From assembly GCA_045652425.1 (NCBI GenBank), contig JAZRUG010000017.1, forward strand, positions 16,003-80,002: a DNA stretch of 64,000 nt, read 5' to 3'. Each line of letters starts with the position of its first letter. Position 1 is the first letter of the stretch. Below, in pieces: positions 9,429-19,339 of this stretch. Origin of the DNA: Eubacteriales bacterium (lineage in GTDB: Bacteria; Bacillota; Clostridia; Oscillospirales; CAG-272). A program made the translations under genes and the position numbers. Under the pieces are notes generated by a model. That model was not told where the DNA came from. It saw only the letters and a list, made by a program, of their open reading frames with translations, and did no database searches.

Positions 9429-10231
9429 ATTTCCTTAATCTCCATATCCAAATATTTTTCTAATTCACTATCAGTCAAAACCGAAAGTTTATCCATAAGA
9501 GCAACAAAAAAGCTTCCGTTGCCTCTTTCCGTTTCTGCCAACTGACCGCATATTCCCAAAACGGTACAAGCGGTTACGGCTGCGTTTATCCCGTTATTCT
9601 CGGACATAAACACAGCGCATAAAACCCCAAGCATACAGCCGGTTCCCGTTATCTTTGACAACTGAGGACTACCGTTTTTTATAAGTATTACTTGTTTACC
9701 GTCAGAAATAACGTCCGTTTTTCCGCTTGCAAGAATAACGGTATTATACTTCTTCGCAAGAGATGCCGCCGCCCGACTTATTTCAGCTATCCCTAAAGAC
9801 TTATCCGCATCCACTCCTGCCGAGCAATAGCTATCATCAAACAAGGCGTTTATTTCTGAATAGTTACCTTTTATAAGAGAGGGCTTTGCAACATCTACAA
9901 GCTTTTTCGCATACGCTCTGCGGTGTACGGAACAAGCGATACCTACTGCATCTATAACACAATGAATATTATGACTTTTAGCTGCTTCCGCCGATATCAA
10001 CATAGATTCCATTCTAACATCTGTTATGTTTCCAAGGTTCAGCAAAAGAGCATTGGCTGTTGAAGTTATCTCTGCAACCTCCTTTGGATGTTCAGCCATC
10101 ATAGGCCGTCCCCCTACAGCAAGTACTGCATTTGCGCATTGGTTTATTGAAATAGGGTTAGTTATACAGTGAATAAGAGGGGAGTTTTGTTTAACCCTGT
10201 TTCTGATTCTGTTTATTGTTTCAGCCGTCAT
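9425..10231 (-). CDS. thiM: Hydroxyethylthiazole kinase
   Basis: PLIHCITNPISINQCANAVLAVGGRPMMA...GTGCMLG. 4-nt overlap with thiE. Confidence 0.9.
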   Translation of the reverse strand: MTAETINRIRNRVKQNSPLIHCITNPISINQCANAVLAVGGRPMMAEHPKEVAEITSTANALLLNLGNITDVRMESMLISAEAAKSHNIHCVIDAVGIACSVHRRAYAKKLVDVAKPSLIKGNYSEINALFDDSYCSAGVDADKSLGIAEISRAAASLAKKYNTVILASGKTDVISDGKQVILIKNGSPQLSKITGTGCMLGVLCAVFMSENNGINAAVTACTVLGICGQLAETERGNGSFFVALMDKLSVLTDSELEKYLDMEIKEI

Positions 10232-10959
10232 TTCTCCTTAGCCTTTCCTGTCTTTTTTATTATGTAATATACAACGGCGCTTGCCCCGAAAACAACAAGC
10301 GAAGCATAAGAAACATAGGTGAGAATGGGATTATTAAGCTTAAACATATCATTTACTACGCTGATAACCACAAAGCATACTCCGCCAAACGCGGCGATTG
10401 TAACCGCATTCGAAAAAACACTGCTTTTATCCGCATAGCATCTTGCAACAAGAAGCGTTTGAATTTTTGTAAGCATTCCGTTATCGGCAAGCTTACGCAA
10501 GAATACATAGGCAATACTTCCACCGATAAGCGTTCCGCAAACGAATGATGGAATGTAGAATAACCAGGTTAGTCCCTCTTTTCCCATAATATACGCCATA
10601 ACCGGATATGAACATAAAGCGCCGATAAATCCGGTACCTATAACTTCTCCGATGACTGCAAACAATATCTTTCCTTTTGACAGTCTATATAAAACACCTG
10701 AAAGGAACGCGCCAAACACAGCTCCGGTTAAAGCTAAAGGCGGAATTGCCATCGTCATCATTCTGATGATACCAATAAGCGTCGCGCATAAAAGCGAATA
10801 CCAGGGGCCTAAAAAGACCGAAACTACAATATTGATAAAATGTGCCATTGGGCACATACCTTCCACGCGCAAGAACGGAGATATTACCACACCTATTGCA
10901 ACGAACATGGAAAGCACCGTCATTTTGAGTAAAACCTTTTGTTTTTTCATAAATATCAA
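10228..10959 (-). CDS. thiW: ThiW-like ECF S-component (predicted thiazole transporter) with a C-terminal two-helix extension
   Basis: Multi-TM protein with GMCPMAHFINIVVSVFLGPWY, as in ThiW. First gene after the TPP riboswitch and overlaps thiM. At 243 aa it is longer than typical ThiW. Confidence 0.65.
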   Translation of the reverse strand: MIFMKKQKVLLKMTVLSMFVAIGVVISPFLRVEGMCPMAHFINIVVSVFLGPWYSLLCATLIGIIRMMTMAIPPLALTGAVFGAFLSGVLYRLSKGKILFAVIGEVIGTGFIGALCSYPVMAYIMGKEGLTWLFYIPSFVCGTLIGGSIAYVFLRKLADNGMLTKIQTLLVARCYADKSSVFSNAVTIAAFGGVCFVVISVVNDMFKLNNPILTYVSYASLVVFGASAVVYYIIKKTGKAKEK

Positions 10960-11155
10960 CCCTTTTCTTTTATTTTTTCAAGACTAAAGTCTTATATCCG
11001 GTCGGAAATAAATTTTTCCCTCTCACCTCGAAACACGAGTTCCCATCGCAAAAAATACAAGACACAAGGCGCTCCCCTTCTATCCGTCTTCAAAGATTAT
11101 CATTCTTTACATCCTCGAAGATAATTCCCCACCAACTCCTTTAACAAAATTTTGC

Positions 11156-11196
11156 ACAAAAAAAACGGAAGCTACCTGTTTTGGTAACTTCCGTTA
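11156..11196 (-). terminator. Intrinsic terminator forming the expression platform of the TPP riboswitch
   Basis: Minus-strand reading: aacggaagttacc-aaaacag-ggtagcttccgtt followed by TTTTTTTT. Confidence 0.7.
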
Positions 11197-11204
11197 AAAA
11201 TACT

Positions 11205-11300
11205 TGTATCTCAGGCATCCCTACGTTGGCATTATCCAAATCAGGTTATCGGTCGAAGGTCATACCTTCCTCTCAGCCTGTAATACAAGCTCCCGTCTGT
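11205..11300 (-). promoter_or_regulatory. TPP (THI-box) riboswitch
   Basis: Minus strand reads GACGGGAGC...GGCTGAGAGG...ACCTTCGACCGATAACCTGATTTGGATAATGCCAACGTAGGGATGCC. The CUGAGA and ACCUGAUnUGGAUAAUGCCAnCGUAGGGA core elements are present, and it sits upstream of thiW-thiM-thiE-thiD-thiN. Confidence 0.88.
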
Positions 11301-11350
11301 TCAATTGTCGTGTTTATTATAAACCGCTTATCGCAAAAATGCAATAGGTT

Positions 11351-12535
11351 TTATATAATTTTTCCGTTTTTTACTACATTTGTTACGTTAAACTCTTTAT
11401 CTGCAAACACAAAATCTGCATTTTTTCCTACAGATATACTGCCTAAAGAGTCTTGCATTCCGATATGCTTTGCAGGTGAAGACGAAAGCATTTTCGCCGC
11501 AGTTACAACGTCAACACCGTAATCAACACAAAGCACTCGAAGGGCTCTGTCCATAGTGCAAATACTTCCCGCATACGACGTCATATCGGGCAGCTTTGCC
11601 ACTCCGTCGTCAACAATAACGTAACTGCCGTTGGTCTTGCTTCCAAGCATACCGTTCTTTTCTTCGGTACAAGCAAGTCTTGTCGCATCGGTTATACCAA
11701 GCACCTTATCGGCGCCTTTTATCTTCAACGCCAATTTTAAGCAGTGTTCGGGTATATGTCTTCCGTCACAAATCAGCTCAACGGTTACGGAATCGTCAAG
11801 ATACGCAGCCTCAACTATTCCCGCAGTAACAATCTGTTCCCTCTTCTTATATGCCGTACAAGCATTATAAAAATGGGTAACGTGGGAAAATCCCGCCTTA
11901 AATCCTGCTTCTGCCTCATATCCCGTTGAATCGGTATGTGCTGCAGCGCATATTATGCCTTTTTCACACATAAGTTTGGCAAATTTTGCGCTATTCGGTA
12001 TCTCGGGTGCCGCATCCCAACGGATTATATCGCCGTTTGCAGCTTCAAGAAGTTCATTTACCTCATCAAAATCAATATCACGAATAATATCGCCTTTTTG
12101 CGCTCCCTTGCTCTTGCCGTTTGCATTAGAAAAGTACGGACCCTCTAAATGTAACCCCTGGGCTATATCGGCATAGGCGCTTTTTTGTTTGAACTCGTGA
12201 TAGGCGTTTATAAAGCCTATAAGCTCTTCTTTTGATGCGGTCATAGCCGTCGGAACAAGGGTAGTTGTACCTTTTTTCAGATGCGCTTTAACCGCCGTTT
12301 CAAAAGCGTCGGACGTTCCGTCCATAAAATCCGCGCCGCCTCCGCCGTGAATGTGCGCGTCAATAAAACCGGGGAATATATAATCTCCCGCCGCGTCAAT
12401 AATATCAGCGCCGTCGGCAAAAATATTCTTTCCGATATTCGCTATCTTGCCGCCCTCGACAAGAATATCTGTATTATCAGATATTCCGTCGGGCAAAACA
12501 ACGCTTCCGTTTTTAATAAGAAGCTTATTATTCAT
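11351..12535 (-). CDS. nagA: N-acetylglucosamine-6-phosphate deacetylase
   Basis: 394 aa with PGFIDAHIHGGGGADFMD, HLEGP and AAHTD.. motifs. Confidence 0.9.
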   Translation of the reverse strand: MNNKLLIKNGSVVLPDGISDNTDILVEGGKIANIGKNIFADGADIIDAAGDYIFPGFIDAHIHGGGGADFMDGTSDAFETAVKAHLKKGTTTLVPTAMTASKEELIGFINAYHEFKQKSAYADIAQGLHLEGPYFSNANGKSKGAQKGDIIRDIDFDEVNELLEAANGDIIRWDAAPEIPNSAKFAKLMCEKGIICAAAHTDSTGYEAEAGFKAGFSHVTHFYNACTAYKKREQIVTAGIVEAAYLDDSVTVELICDGRHIPEHCLKLALKIKGADKVLGITDATRLACTEEKNGMLGSKTNGSYVIVDDGVAKLPDMTSYAGSICTMDRALRVLCVDYGVDVVTAAKMLSSSPAKHIGMQDSLGSISVGKNADFVFADKEFNVTNVVKNGKII

Positions 12536-13386
12536 TACTTGTTATATACTCTGATTTCGGGAATAGGGTTCTTTGTTGCTTCCGCGATAGTATAAATCGT
12601 TGCATCGGGGTGATTGCGAAAGAGTGAGCAAGGAACCTTTGCTGTTATATCGCCGTGAAGAATTTTACGGAGAGCGCCTGCGTTCCAGTCACGAGGCATA
12701 ATCATAATAATCTTCTTTGCCATAAACATTTCTTTCATACCAACGGTAATGCAGTATTCGGGAATAGCGTTAAGGTCAGCGCCACAGTTCATATATGCGT
12801 TTATAGTTCTTGTTTCGCGGCTAATCTTAAGAACACGGGTAGGTCTGTTTGCAAATTCTTCGTTTGTACAAGCTTCTCCGGGTTCGGGCGGCTCGTTGAA
12901 AGCATAGTGGCCGTTGATACCAACACCGCCGAATACCATGTCAAGCTTGCCGTACTTGTTTATTATTTCCATAACCTCTTCGGGCTTACTCGGGTCGGGG
13001 AAATATCTGTTCTCGGGAAGAACGTTGAGTTCTTCGTCAACTATATCGTAGAAAATTCTGTTCATACCGCCTCTGAAAGACAACGGATCGTCCATATCAA
13101 CGTATGTTTTATCATCTTTGAGATACTCGTCCATATTGATAAATACGCAGTTCTTCAAAGAAATTCTGTGCTTGTTTACGAGATATGAAAGTCTGAAGTA
13201 AGGGCCGAGAGGACCGTAAGGTACTACCATAACGGTAGGCTCACCCTTCTTGTTATTTTCTTCAATAACCGCAAGTACTTCCATAGCGACTTTCCAATAG
13301 ATATCAACCTCAGCGGTGCTTACGTCAAGCTTAATGCTTGAACCCTTACCCAAATCTTCGGGTTTAATAAGATTATAGTGTTCCAT
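12535..13386 (-). CDS. Glucosamine-6-phosphate deaminase/isomerase family protein
   Basis: FINMDEY and GGVGINGHYAFNEP motifs. 1-nt overlap with nagA. Confidence 0.8.
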   Translation of the reverse strand: MEHYNLIKPEDLGKGSSIKLDVSTAEVDIYWKVAMEVLAVIEENNKKGEPTVMVVPYGPLGPYFRLSYLVNKHRISLKNCVFINMDEYLKDDKTYVDMDDPLSFRGGMNRIFYDIVDEELNVLPENRYFPDPSKPEEVMEIINKYGKLDMVFGGVGINGHYAFNEPPEPGEACTNEEFANRPTRVLKISRETRTINAYMNCGADLNAIPEYCITVGMKEMFMAKKIIMIMPRDWNAGALRKILHGDITAKVPCSLFRNHPDATIYTIAEATKNPIPEIRVYNK

Positions 13387-13409
13387 AATGTATTCCTTTC
13401 GTTTTTATG

Positions 13410-15116
13410 TTATTTATTTTCAATATAATATTTTATTCTATCGTTTACTTTCTTTCTGAACGTCATCATCTTTTCGGGTGTTTCGGGAGTATTAAAGAAA
13501 TTGGGAACACCCATATTGTCATCAATAAGCTTTTTACACTCTTCTCTGCCGCCAAGACTTTCAAGCAACTGCAATGCTCTCATATCAATAAGTCCATCGG
13601 TAAATATCTTTTGATGAATAGACTGTAAAGGTTTTCTGTCTATACCGGGATATACACTGTAAGTCGTTCCTGCATTTGGGAAACCACAACACGGATCAAT
13701 TGCCGGATTATAAAGACCGTGTGCGAGTCTGCCGTAGTAATAGTTGTAGCCCCAATGCAAAAAGCCCTTTGCATTATAATAATAAAGCATATATCCAAGC
13801 GCTCTGTTTCTTTCTCTCGGTTGCTGAATAAGTCTGTTTGACAGACCGTCATAGCACTCTCCGCCCGTGTAATAAATCCAGAGGTCATCGCACTTATCTA
13901 CAAAATCCATAGCCTTGTGAATTCGCGCAATAGGCGTTTTTACAAGTCCGCTTTCGTAGTATTTATAATCGGACAATGCATCGCCGACAGTATAACCTTC
14001 AAGCAAATCCCTAATCTTCGAGCTTGATTTTTCATAAGTTTCAAGATGTGTTTCGTTAGGTTCATCGGAAATGTGGAAGAGAGTGGTTTTGTCAAGCCCC
14101 TCGCCCTTAAGAAAATCCAACACTTGCGGAATATAGCTTCTTAAAAATTCAACGTAACCTTCTCCCGAAGCATCTGTTTCCCAGCCGAATATTTTCTTTG
14201 TTTCTCCATCAACCTCAGCAACTACTTTGGGTGCGTGTGCCGCCCCCCACTGTGTAAAGAAATGTGAGTGTTCAAAGAATTTGATTCCCGCTTCTCTTGC
14301 TACGTCAATATATCTCTTCATTAAAGAGAAATCGAAAGTATATTTGTCATTTTCTTTCTTTACTTTAACAAGCTGAACCGTCATTCTCTCCTCACCGATA
14401 GCAGTATCAAGTGCCGGTGTAAATGCAGGCATAAGTACCATATTCATACCGTTTTTTACTGCCGTACGAAGAAAATCTTTCATTACTTCAAAGTAGTCAT
14501 CGGAAAAAAGTTCAAGATTATAGTAATCTGCAAGACAGTCGTTGTGGAACCAGTTTGTATAATAAAGTGTCTGTTCGGGAAGGTCGGCATCAATAACGTC
14601 GAGAACTATTTCATTTTCCCCAACCTTTTCATTTCCCCAGTTGTATAACTCTATTTTTATTGTCTGCTTTCCCGTAGGCATTTCTTTGCCGTTTTCATTA
14701 ACAGTAAACCAAACCTGTCTCCAACTGTCGTTGTATGCCCCAAGGCTTATTTTTTCGTCAGGTTCAACACAACGGTAACCGATACCGCCGTGAATGGTCT
14801 GTCTTTGCACTTCGGCATTAGTGTTTTTAGGCATAAGTATATCGGGATACATACCGATAGGCAGCTTTGGACTTATCTTTGAAAATGAATGCATAACGGG
14901 TACGCACGCAACGTGATAAGTGCTTATATCCAGATTAGAAGTAATTTTAATAGTAAAATGCTGTTCGTCAGTAATTTTTTCATCAAAAAGCTTGTATGCC
15001 ATCTGGAAAGAAAAAGGCTCATTCTTACAAATAGAATACTCCTTTAATTCCGTAGCATCAGAGCCGTTTTCGGGTGTAATAAGAGTCAATGCATCGTACA
15101 GTTTAGTAAGAATCAT
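13410..15116 (-). CDS. DUF4091-type (GH123-like) glycoside hydrolase candidate
   Basis: 568 aa from ATG 15116 (AAGGAG upstream). The overall resemblance to DUF4091 proteins and the location in an amino-sugar cluster are my inference; no catalytic motif was verified. Confidence 0.5.
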   Translation of the reverse strand: MILTKLYDALTLITPENGSDATELKEYSICKNEPFSFQMAYKLFDEKITDEQHFTIKITSNLDISTYHVACVPVMHSFSKISPKLPIGMYPDILMPKNTNAEVQRQTIHGGIGYRCVEPDEKISLGAYNDSWRQVWFTVNENGKEMPTGKQTIKIELYNWGNEKVGENEIVLDVIDADLPEQTLYYTNWFHNDCLADYYNLELFSDDYFEVMKDFLRTAVKNGMNMVLMPAFTPALDTAIGEERMTVQLVKVKKENDKYTFDFSLMKRYIDVAREAGIKFFEHSHFFTQWGAAHAPKVVAEVDGETKKIFGWETDASGEGYVEFLRSYIPQVLDFLKGEGLDKTTLFHISDEPNETHLETYEKSSSKIRDLLEGYTVGDALSDYKYYESGLVKTPIARIHKAMDFVDKCDDLWIYYTGGECYDGLSNRLIQQPRERNRALGYMLYYYNAKGFLHWGYNYYYGRLAHGLYNPAIDPCCGFPNAGTTYSVYPGIDRKPLQSIHQKIFTDGLIDMRALQLLESLGGREECKKLIDDNMGVPNFFNTPETPEKMMTFRKKVNDRIKYYIENK

Positions 15117-15288
15117 ATTACTTCTCCTTTTGTTACTAAATAATACTTTACTACAATTATACAACACTCAAACAAAAAATAAAATCCACAATATCGACAT
15201 AACTTTGGACAATATTGGTGTTTTTTGTTGACATACCACCGTTTTTATTGTACAATACAGAAACCATCTACAGAGGAGAACAGAAAAT

Positions 15289-16104
15289 ATGTCAGTTGTT
15301 AAATTCACGACAGAGAAAAAATACGATGGATATTTAAACGTTAATTCATGCGGGAAACAGTGGCTTGTTGACCGCGATTACAATACCGTCCGCGAGAACG
15401 GCAGAGTGGATTTTTCTATACATTACGTTTCAAAGGGCAAGGGGTATTGCGAGCATAACGGAAAAAATTATACTATCCCTGAAGGAAGCCTTGTATTATA
15501 TTTTCCGTCTGTTCGCCACCACTATTATTTCAAAAAAGAAGACGAAACTGAAATGATGTGGTCTCACTTCAGCGGACAGGCTGTCGATTTACTTGACGGC
15601 ATAAAAAGCAACGAGCCTTTAGTTATTACAATAAAAGACAGAAAGCAGTTTGAATCTGCATTTGAAAAAATGATTTCCGCCCACTATAATAAACAAGAAA
15701 ACGGAAACGAGTTATGTAACGGATATATGCTTGTTATTTTGGCTCTTATCAACCAAAGTACAATTGACAACAAAAAAGCAAAAAAAGCACATGGCAACGA
15801 ACAACTTGAAAAGGTTCTTAGCAATATGCATATATATTTTGATGAACCTATTGACATAAAAAAATACGCAAATATGTGCCACCTCTCCGAAGATAGATTT
15901 ATCCGTATGTTTAAAGCGAATACAGGTCTTCCGCCGTATAGATATCAGCTCAAAGTAAGAATAGAAAGGGCGATAGAAATGCTTGAAAACCGTTCCATCA
16001 GCGTATCGGAGTGTGCCGAAGTGGTGGGCTTTAGCGACGTTGCATATTTCAGCCGAATATTCAAAAAGTTTACCGGTCACCCGCCGTCATATTATAAAAA
16101 ATAG
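15289..16104 (+). CDS. AraC-family transcriptional regulator (cupin N-terminus)
   Basis: C-terminal double HTH (FIRMFKANTGLPPYRYQLKVRIERA...AYFSRIFKKFTGHPPSYY). Divergent from the amino-sugar cluster. Confidence 0.9.
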   Translation: MSVVKFTTEKKYDGYLNVNSCGKQWLVDRDYNTVRENGRVDFSIHYVSKGKGYCEHNGKNYTIPEGSLVLYFPSVRHHYYFKKEDETEMMWSHFSGQAVDLLDGIKSNEPLVITIKDRKQFESAFEKMISAHYNKQENGNELCNGYMLVILALINQSTIDNKKAKKAHGNEQLEKVLSNMHIYFDEPIDIKKYANMCHLSEDRFIRMFKANTGLPPYRYQLKVRIERAIEMLENRSISVSECAEVVGFSDVAYFSRIFKKFTGHPPSYYKK

Positions 16105-16311
16105 GCAAAGCTCTTTTGTTTTATTTTTGGCTGCTTCTATCGTGTCTGATACGAAATTTGCCTGCTGCCGATTTTTCGTTTTTTATATCATTGTTCCTTC
16201 AAATTCAGTATCTCTGTTTTGTAGCCCATGATATCTTAATTATACCATAGGAGAGTTTTTTCATTGTCCGTTTTTAACTGTTAGTTTCAACCATACAAGA
16301 TTTTTCTTTAC

Positions 16312-16344
16312 AAAAAAACAGCCTATATTCATCATATAGGCTGT
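16312..16344 (-). terminator. Rho-independent terminator of the HAD gene
   Basis: Stem acagcctatat/atataggctgt with A-run 16312-16318 (U-run on the minus strand). Confidence 0.75.
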
Positions 16345-16350
16345 TTTCAG

Positions 16351-17064
16351 TTAAATTAAAGTATCAATATACTCAAGAAGCTCTGCAAATCCGCCCGATT
16401 TGTAGCAAGAAATATCTTTATTCTCGCTGTTTATCAAGCAATCGGTAATAAGAAAAACTTTCATTCCGATTTTTTCCGCCGTCATATCTTCTGAAACGTC
16501 GTTTCCTACCATAAGACATTCTTCGGGAAGAATTCCCAAATTTTCGGCAATCTCCTTATAGTATCTTACGTCGGGTTTGCAAAAACAACATTTGTCGTAA
16601 GACGTATAGTATTCAAAATCATCAGCGTTAAGTCCCGCCCACTTCATTCGGCTTAAATTAGCTTCATCCGGAAATATAGGCTTCGTCGCAACAACAGCAC
16701 GAAGTCCCTTTTTCTTTATCGCATTCACCGTCTTATCAGCATTGGGATTGTATCCGCATACTTCTTGTAACGCTTGAAATTCATTTAAGTAAAATTCTCT
16801 TAAAACGCCGATTTTATCGTGCGTTTTTTCGGGAAAATAATTATTAAAATATTCCCAAAAGACCTCTTCATTTAATCTGCTTCCATCGCTTTGTTCAACG
16901 GCATTGACACCGCCCCATATAACCTTTACAAGTTTTTTGGGATCGTCATAACCGTATGGATAGAGTTTGGTCGCAAGAAGTTTGAAATATTCCCTGAAAA
17001 ACCTCTCTTGATCCATCGGCAAAAGCGTTCCGTCAAGATCAAACAGTACTGCTTTTATTTTCAT
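16351..17064 (-). CDS. HAD-superfamily hydrolase
   Basis: Motif I FDLDGTL at the N-terminus and GNDVSEDM (motif IV-like) near the C-terminus. Confidence 0.85.
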   Translation of the reverse strand: MKIKAVLFDLDGTLLPMDQERFFREYFKLLATKLYPYGYDDPKKLVKVIWGGVNAVEQSDGSRLNEEVFWEYFNNYFPEKTHDKIGVLREFYLNEFQALQEVCGYNPNADKTVNAIKKKGLRAVVATKPIFPDEANLSRMKWAGLNADDFEYYTSYDKCCFCKPDVRYYKEIAENLGILPEECLMVGNDVSEDMTAEKIGMKVFLITDCLINSENKDISCYKSGGFAELLEYIDTLI

Positions 17065-17078
17065 TTATTATTTTTGCC

Positions 17079-17537
17079 TCAATTATTATCGTATTTTTTG
17101 CAAATTTTCTCAAGATTATTGCTGATAAGAGCAAGACTGCGGTAAAAAACTACTCTGTCTTCTTCCGACAACCCATTTCCCGCCTCATCAAGCACGGCAT
17201 CTATCTTTTGAGACAAATCCTCTGCAATTACCCTTCCCTTTTCGGTCAACTGCATATTTGCTCTGTACCGCTTCTTTGTGCCGTCAGGATATTCAACGTA
17301 TCCTTCATTCTCAAGCTGAACTATCGAACGGGAAATTGCCGCCTTATCCTCATCGCATATTTCGCATAACTCGGTCGCCGTCATATTTCCATACGTATAC
17401 AAATAGTAAAGACAAGAAACGTGAGGACTTTTCAAGTTGTATTCAGCCATTTCCTCAGTCTTGATTCTTTGAATACTTCTTCTCGTTTTCGTCATCAAAA
17501 CCGTAAACAGTTTAAACCTTTCCTTCATTTTATCCAC
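17079..17537 (-). CDS. MarR-family transcriptional regulator
   Basis: 152 aa with a winged-helix pattern (MTATELCEICDEDKAAISRSIVQLENEGYV). Confidence 0.8.
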   Translation of the reverse strand: MDKMKERFKLFTVLMTKTRRSIQRIKTEEMAEYNLKSPHVSCLYYLYTYGNMTATELCEICDEDKAAISRSIVQLENEGYVEYPDGTKKRYRANMQLTEKGRVIAEDLSQKIDAVLDEAGNGLSEEDRVVFYRSLALISNNLEKICKKYDNN

Positions 17538-17550
17538 CGTTTCTTATTAT

Positions 17551-19287
17551 TTATTCTGCAACAAAAATATAAGGATATACTTCCTGACCGCCGTCAACAA
17601 AATATATTTCTACAGAAGGATGAACTTCTTTGATATACGTTTCAAGAGCCGCGCACTCGTCAGGAGTAGACTCTTTACCCATAAATGCCGTAATCATAAA
17701 TTTTCCGTCAGCACTCAAAAGCATTGATACAAGCAATTTTGCCGCTTCAAGACGGTCGGGTTCCGATACTACTATCTGTTTTTCTATAATACCGATAGTG
17801 TCGCCCTTCTTTATGTGAACTCCGTTCATATCTGCATCGCGTATAGAGGGAGATATGTAACCCGCTGTAACCCTCTTCATCGCCTTCATCATTTCTTCAA
17901 TAATAGCATCTACGTTATCATTGCAAAGATCTGCCGATGATACAGCAACGTAACCTGTTCCGATATTCTTACTCGGAATAACGTGTACCTCTGCCTTATC
18001 GTATATTTCAGCAGCCTGTGTCGCCGCCATTATAATGTTACCGTTATTGGGGAACACAAATATATGCTCTGCCGATACCTTTGCAAATGCATCAAGAAAA
18101 TCATTAGTTGAAGGATTCTGCGTTTGTCCTCCCTGAACTATCTCGTCTGTTCCAAGCTCTTTGAAAAGCGCTTCAACACCGGGACCGTTCGTTACGGCAA
18201 CAATACCGTATTTTTTGTCGGGAGCTTTTTTCTCGGGTTCAACCTTTACCTCAACCTCATTATTTCCTTGAGATTCGGTATGCTGTAACGACATATTTTC
18301 AATCTTTATTGTGATAAATTCGCCAAAACCGCGGCAATATTCAAGCACCTTTTCGGGTGTCATCGTATGAACGTGCAATTTTACTATACTTTCGGTTTTA
18401 AAGCAAACTACCGAATTACCTATCTCGCACAAAAAGGCTTTAAGAGGTTCTATATCAAACTTTTCAACGTCTGTTTTAGCGTTCATAAGCTGAATAAGAA
18501 GCTCTGTACAGTAACCGTATTCCATAACGCTATCGGGACCAAACTCCGTGTTTATGGGAGCAGAAACGGTTTCAGCAGTTATTTTAGCAAATTCCATCGT
18601 TGAATCAGAGTTAACCTGTTCACCGTTAAGAACTCTGTTAAAACCGTCCATTATGTAGAAAAGTCCCGCGCCGCCGCTGTCGACAACCCCCGCTTCTTTT
18701 AGAACTGCCAATGCTTCGGGAGTTCTTTCAAGAGAAGCGTACATTTCTTTTACCAAATCGCCAAAAAGTGATCTCACCGTACTTTGTGGCGTAATTCTGT
18801 TTACCGCATACTCTACGGATTCACGCGCAACTGTAAGGATTGTTCCCTCTGATGGATGCATAACGGAAGCATAAGCCTGTTCAACACCTTTTTTTAGTGC
18901 CTCACCCATCGTTACAACGTCAGCTTTTTTGGACTTATCTAATCCCTTTGAAAGTCCCGAGAAAAACTGCGAAAGAATAACACCTGAGTTACCACGCGCT
19001 CCAAGAAGCATACCGTGTGATATAGCTTTCATTACAGCAGCAATATCATCAGAATCCATATTCTCGACAGCGGCAATACCGCTTTCGATAGTCATTCTCA
19101 TATTATCGCCCGTATCTCCGTCAGGAACGGGGAAAACGTTAAGCTTGTTAACCTCATCAGACTTGGAACGCAATCTTGCAGCTCCGCCCAAAGCCATCTT
19201 CTTAAGAAGTGCGCCGCCTATAGATTTAAGCTCTTTAGAAACTCCGCTCTTCTTTGAAGAGGTCTTCTTTTTCTTATCTTTTACCAT
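17551..19287 (-). CDS. DAK2-domain fusion protein YloV
   Basis: NVFPVPDGDTGDNM...GARGNSGVILSQ (DAK2 domain) followed by a long C-terminal YloV-type domain. Adjacent to DegV. Confidence 0.88.
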   Translation of the reverse strand: MVKDKKKKTSSKKSGVSKELKSIGGALLKKMALGGAARLRSKSDEVNKLNVFPVPDGDTGDNMRMTIESGIAAVENMDSDDIAAVMKAISHGMLLGARGNSGVILSQFFSGLSKGLDKSKKADVVTMGEALKKGVEQAYASVMHPSEGTILTVARESVEYAVNRITPQSTVRSLFGDLVKEMYASLERTPEALAVLKEAGVVDSGGAGLFYIMDGFNRVLNGEQVNSDSTMEFAKITAETVSAPINTEFGPDSVMEYGYCTELLIQLMNAKTDVEKFDIEPLKAFLCEIGNSVVCFKTESIVKLHVHTMTPEKVLEYCRGFGEFITIKIENMSLQHTESQGNNEVEVKVEPEKKAPDKKYGIVAVTNGPGVEALFKELGTDEIVQGGQTQNPSTNDFLDAFAKVSAEHIFVFPNNGNIIMAATQAAEIYDKAEVHVIPSKNIGTGYVAVSSADLCNDNVDAIIEEMMKAMKRVTAGYISPSIRDADMNGVHIKKGDTIGIIEKQIVVSEPDRLEAAKLLVSMLLSADGKFMITAFMGKESTPDECAALETYIKEVHPSVEIYFVDGGQEVYPYIFVAE

Positions 19288-19339
19288 AAAAACTGTCCCT
19301 TTTCATTCACTCAAATAAACACTTAAACTGATAAAAACG

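Noticed and set aside
10960-11155. Possible second TPP riboswitch in the thiW leader
   Set aside because: No CUGAGA box and no ACCUGAU...GGAUAAUGCC core is present. There is only loose G-rich similarity.
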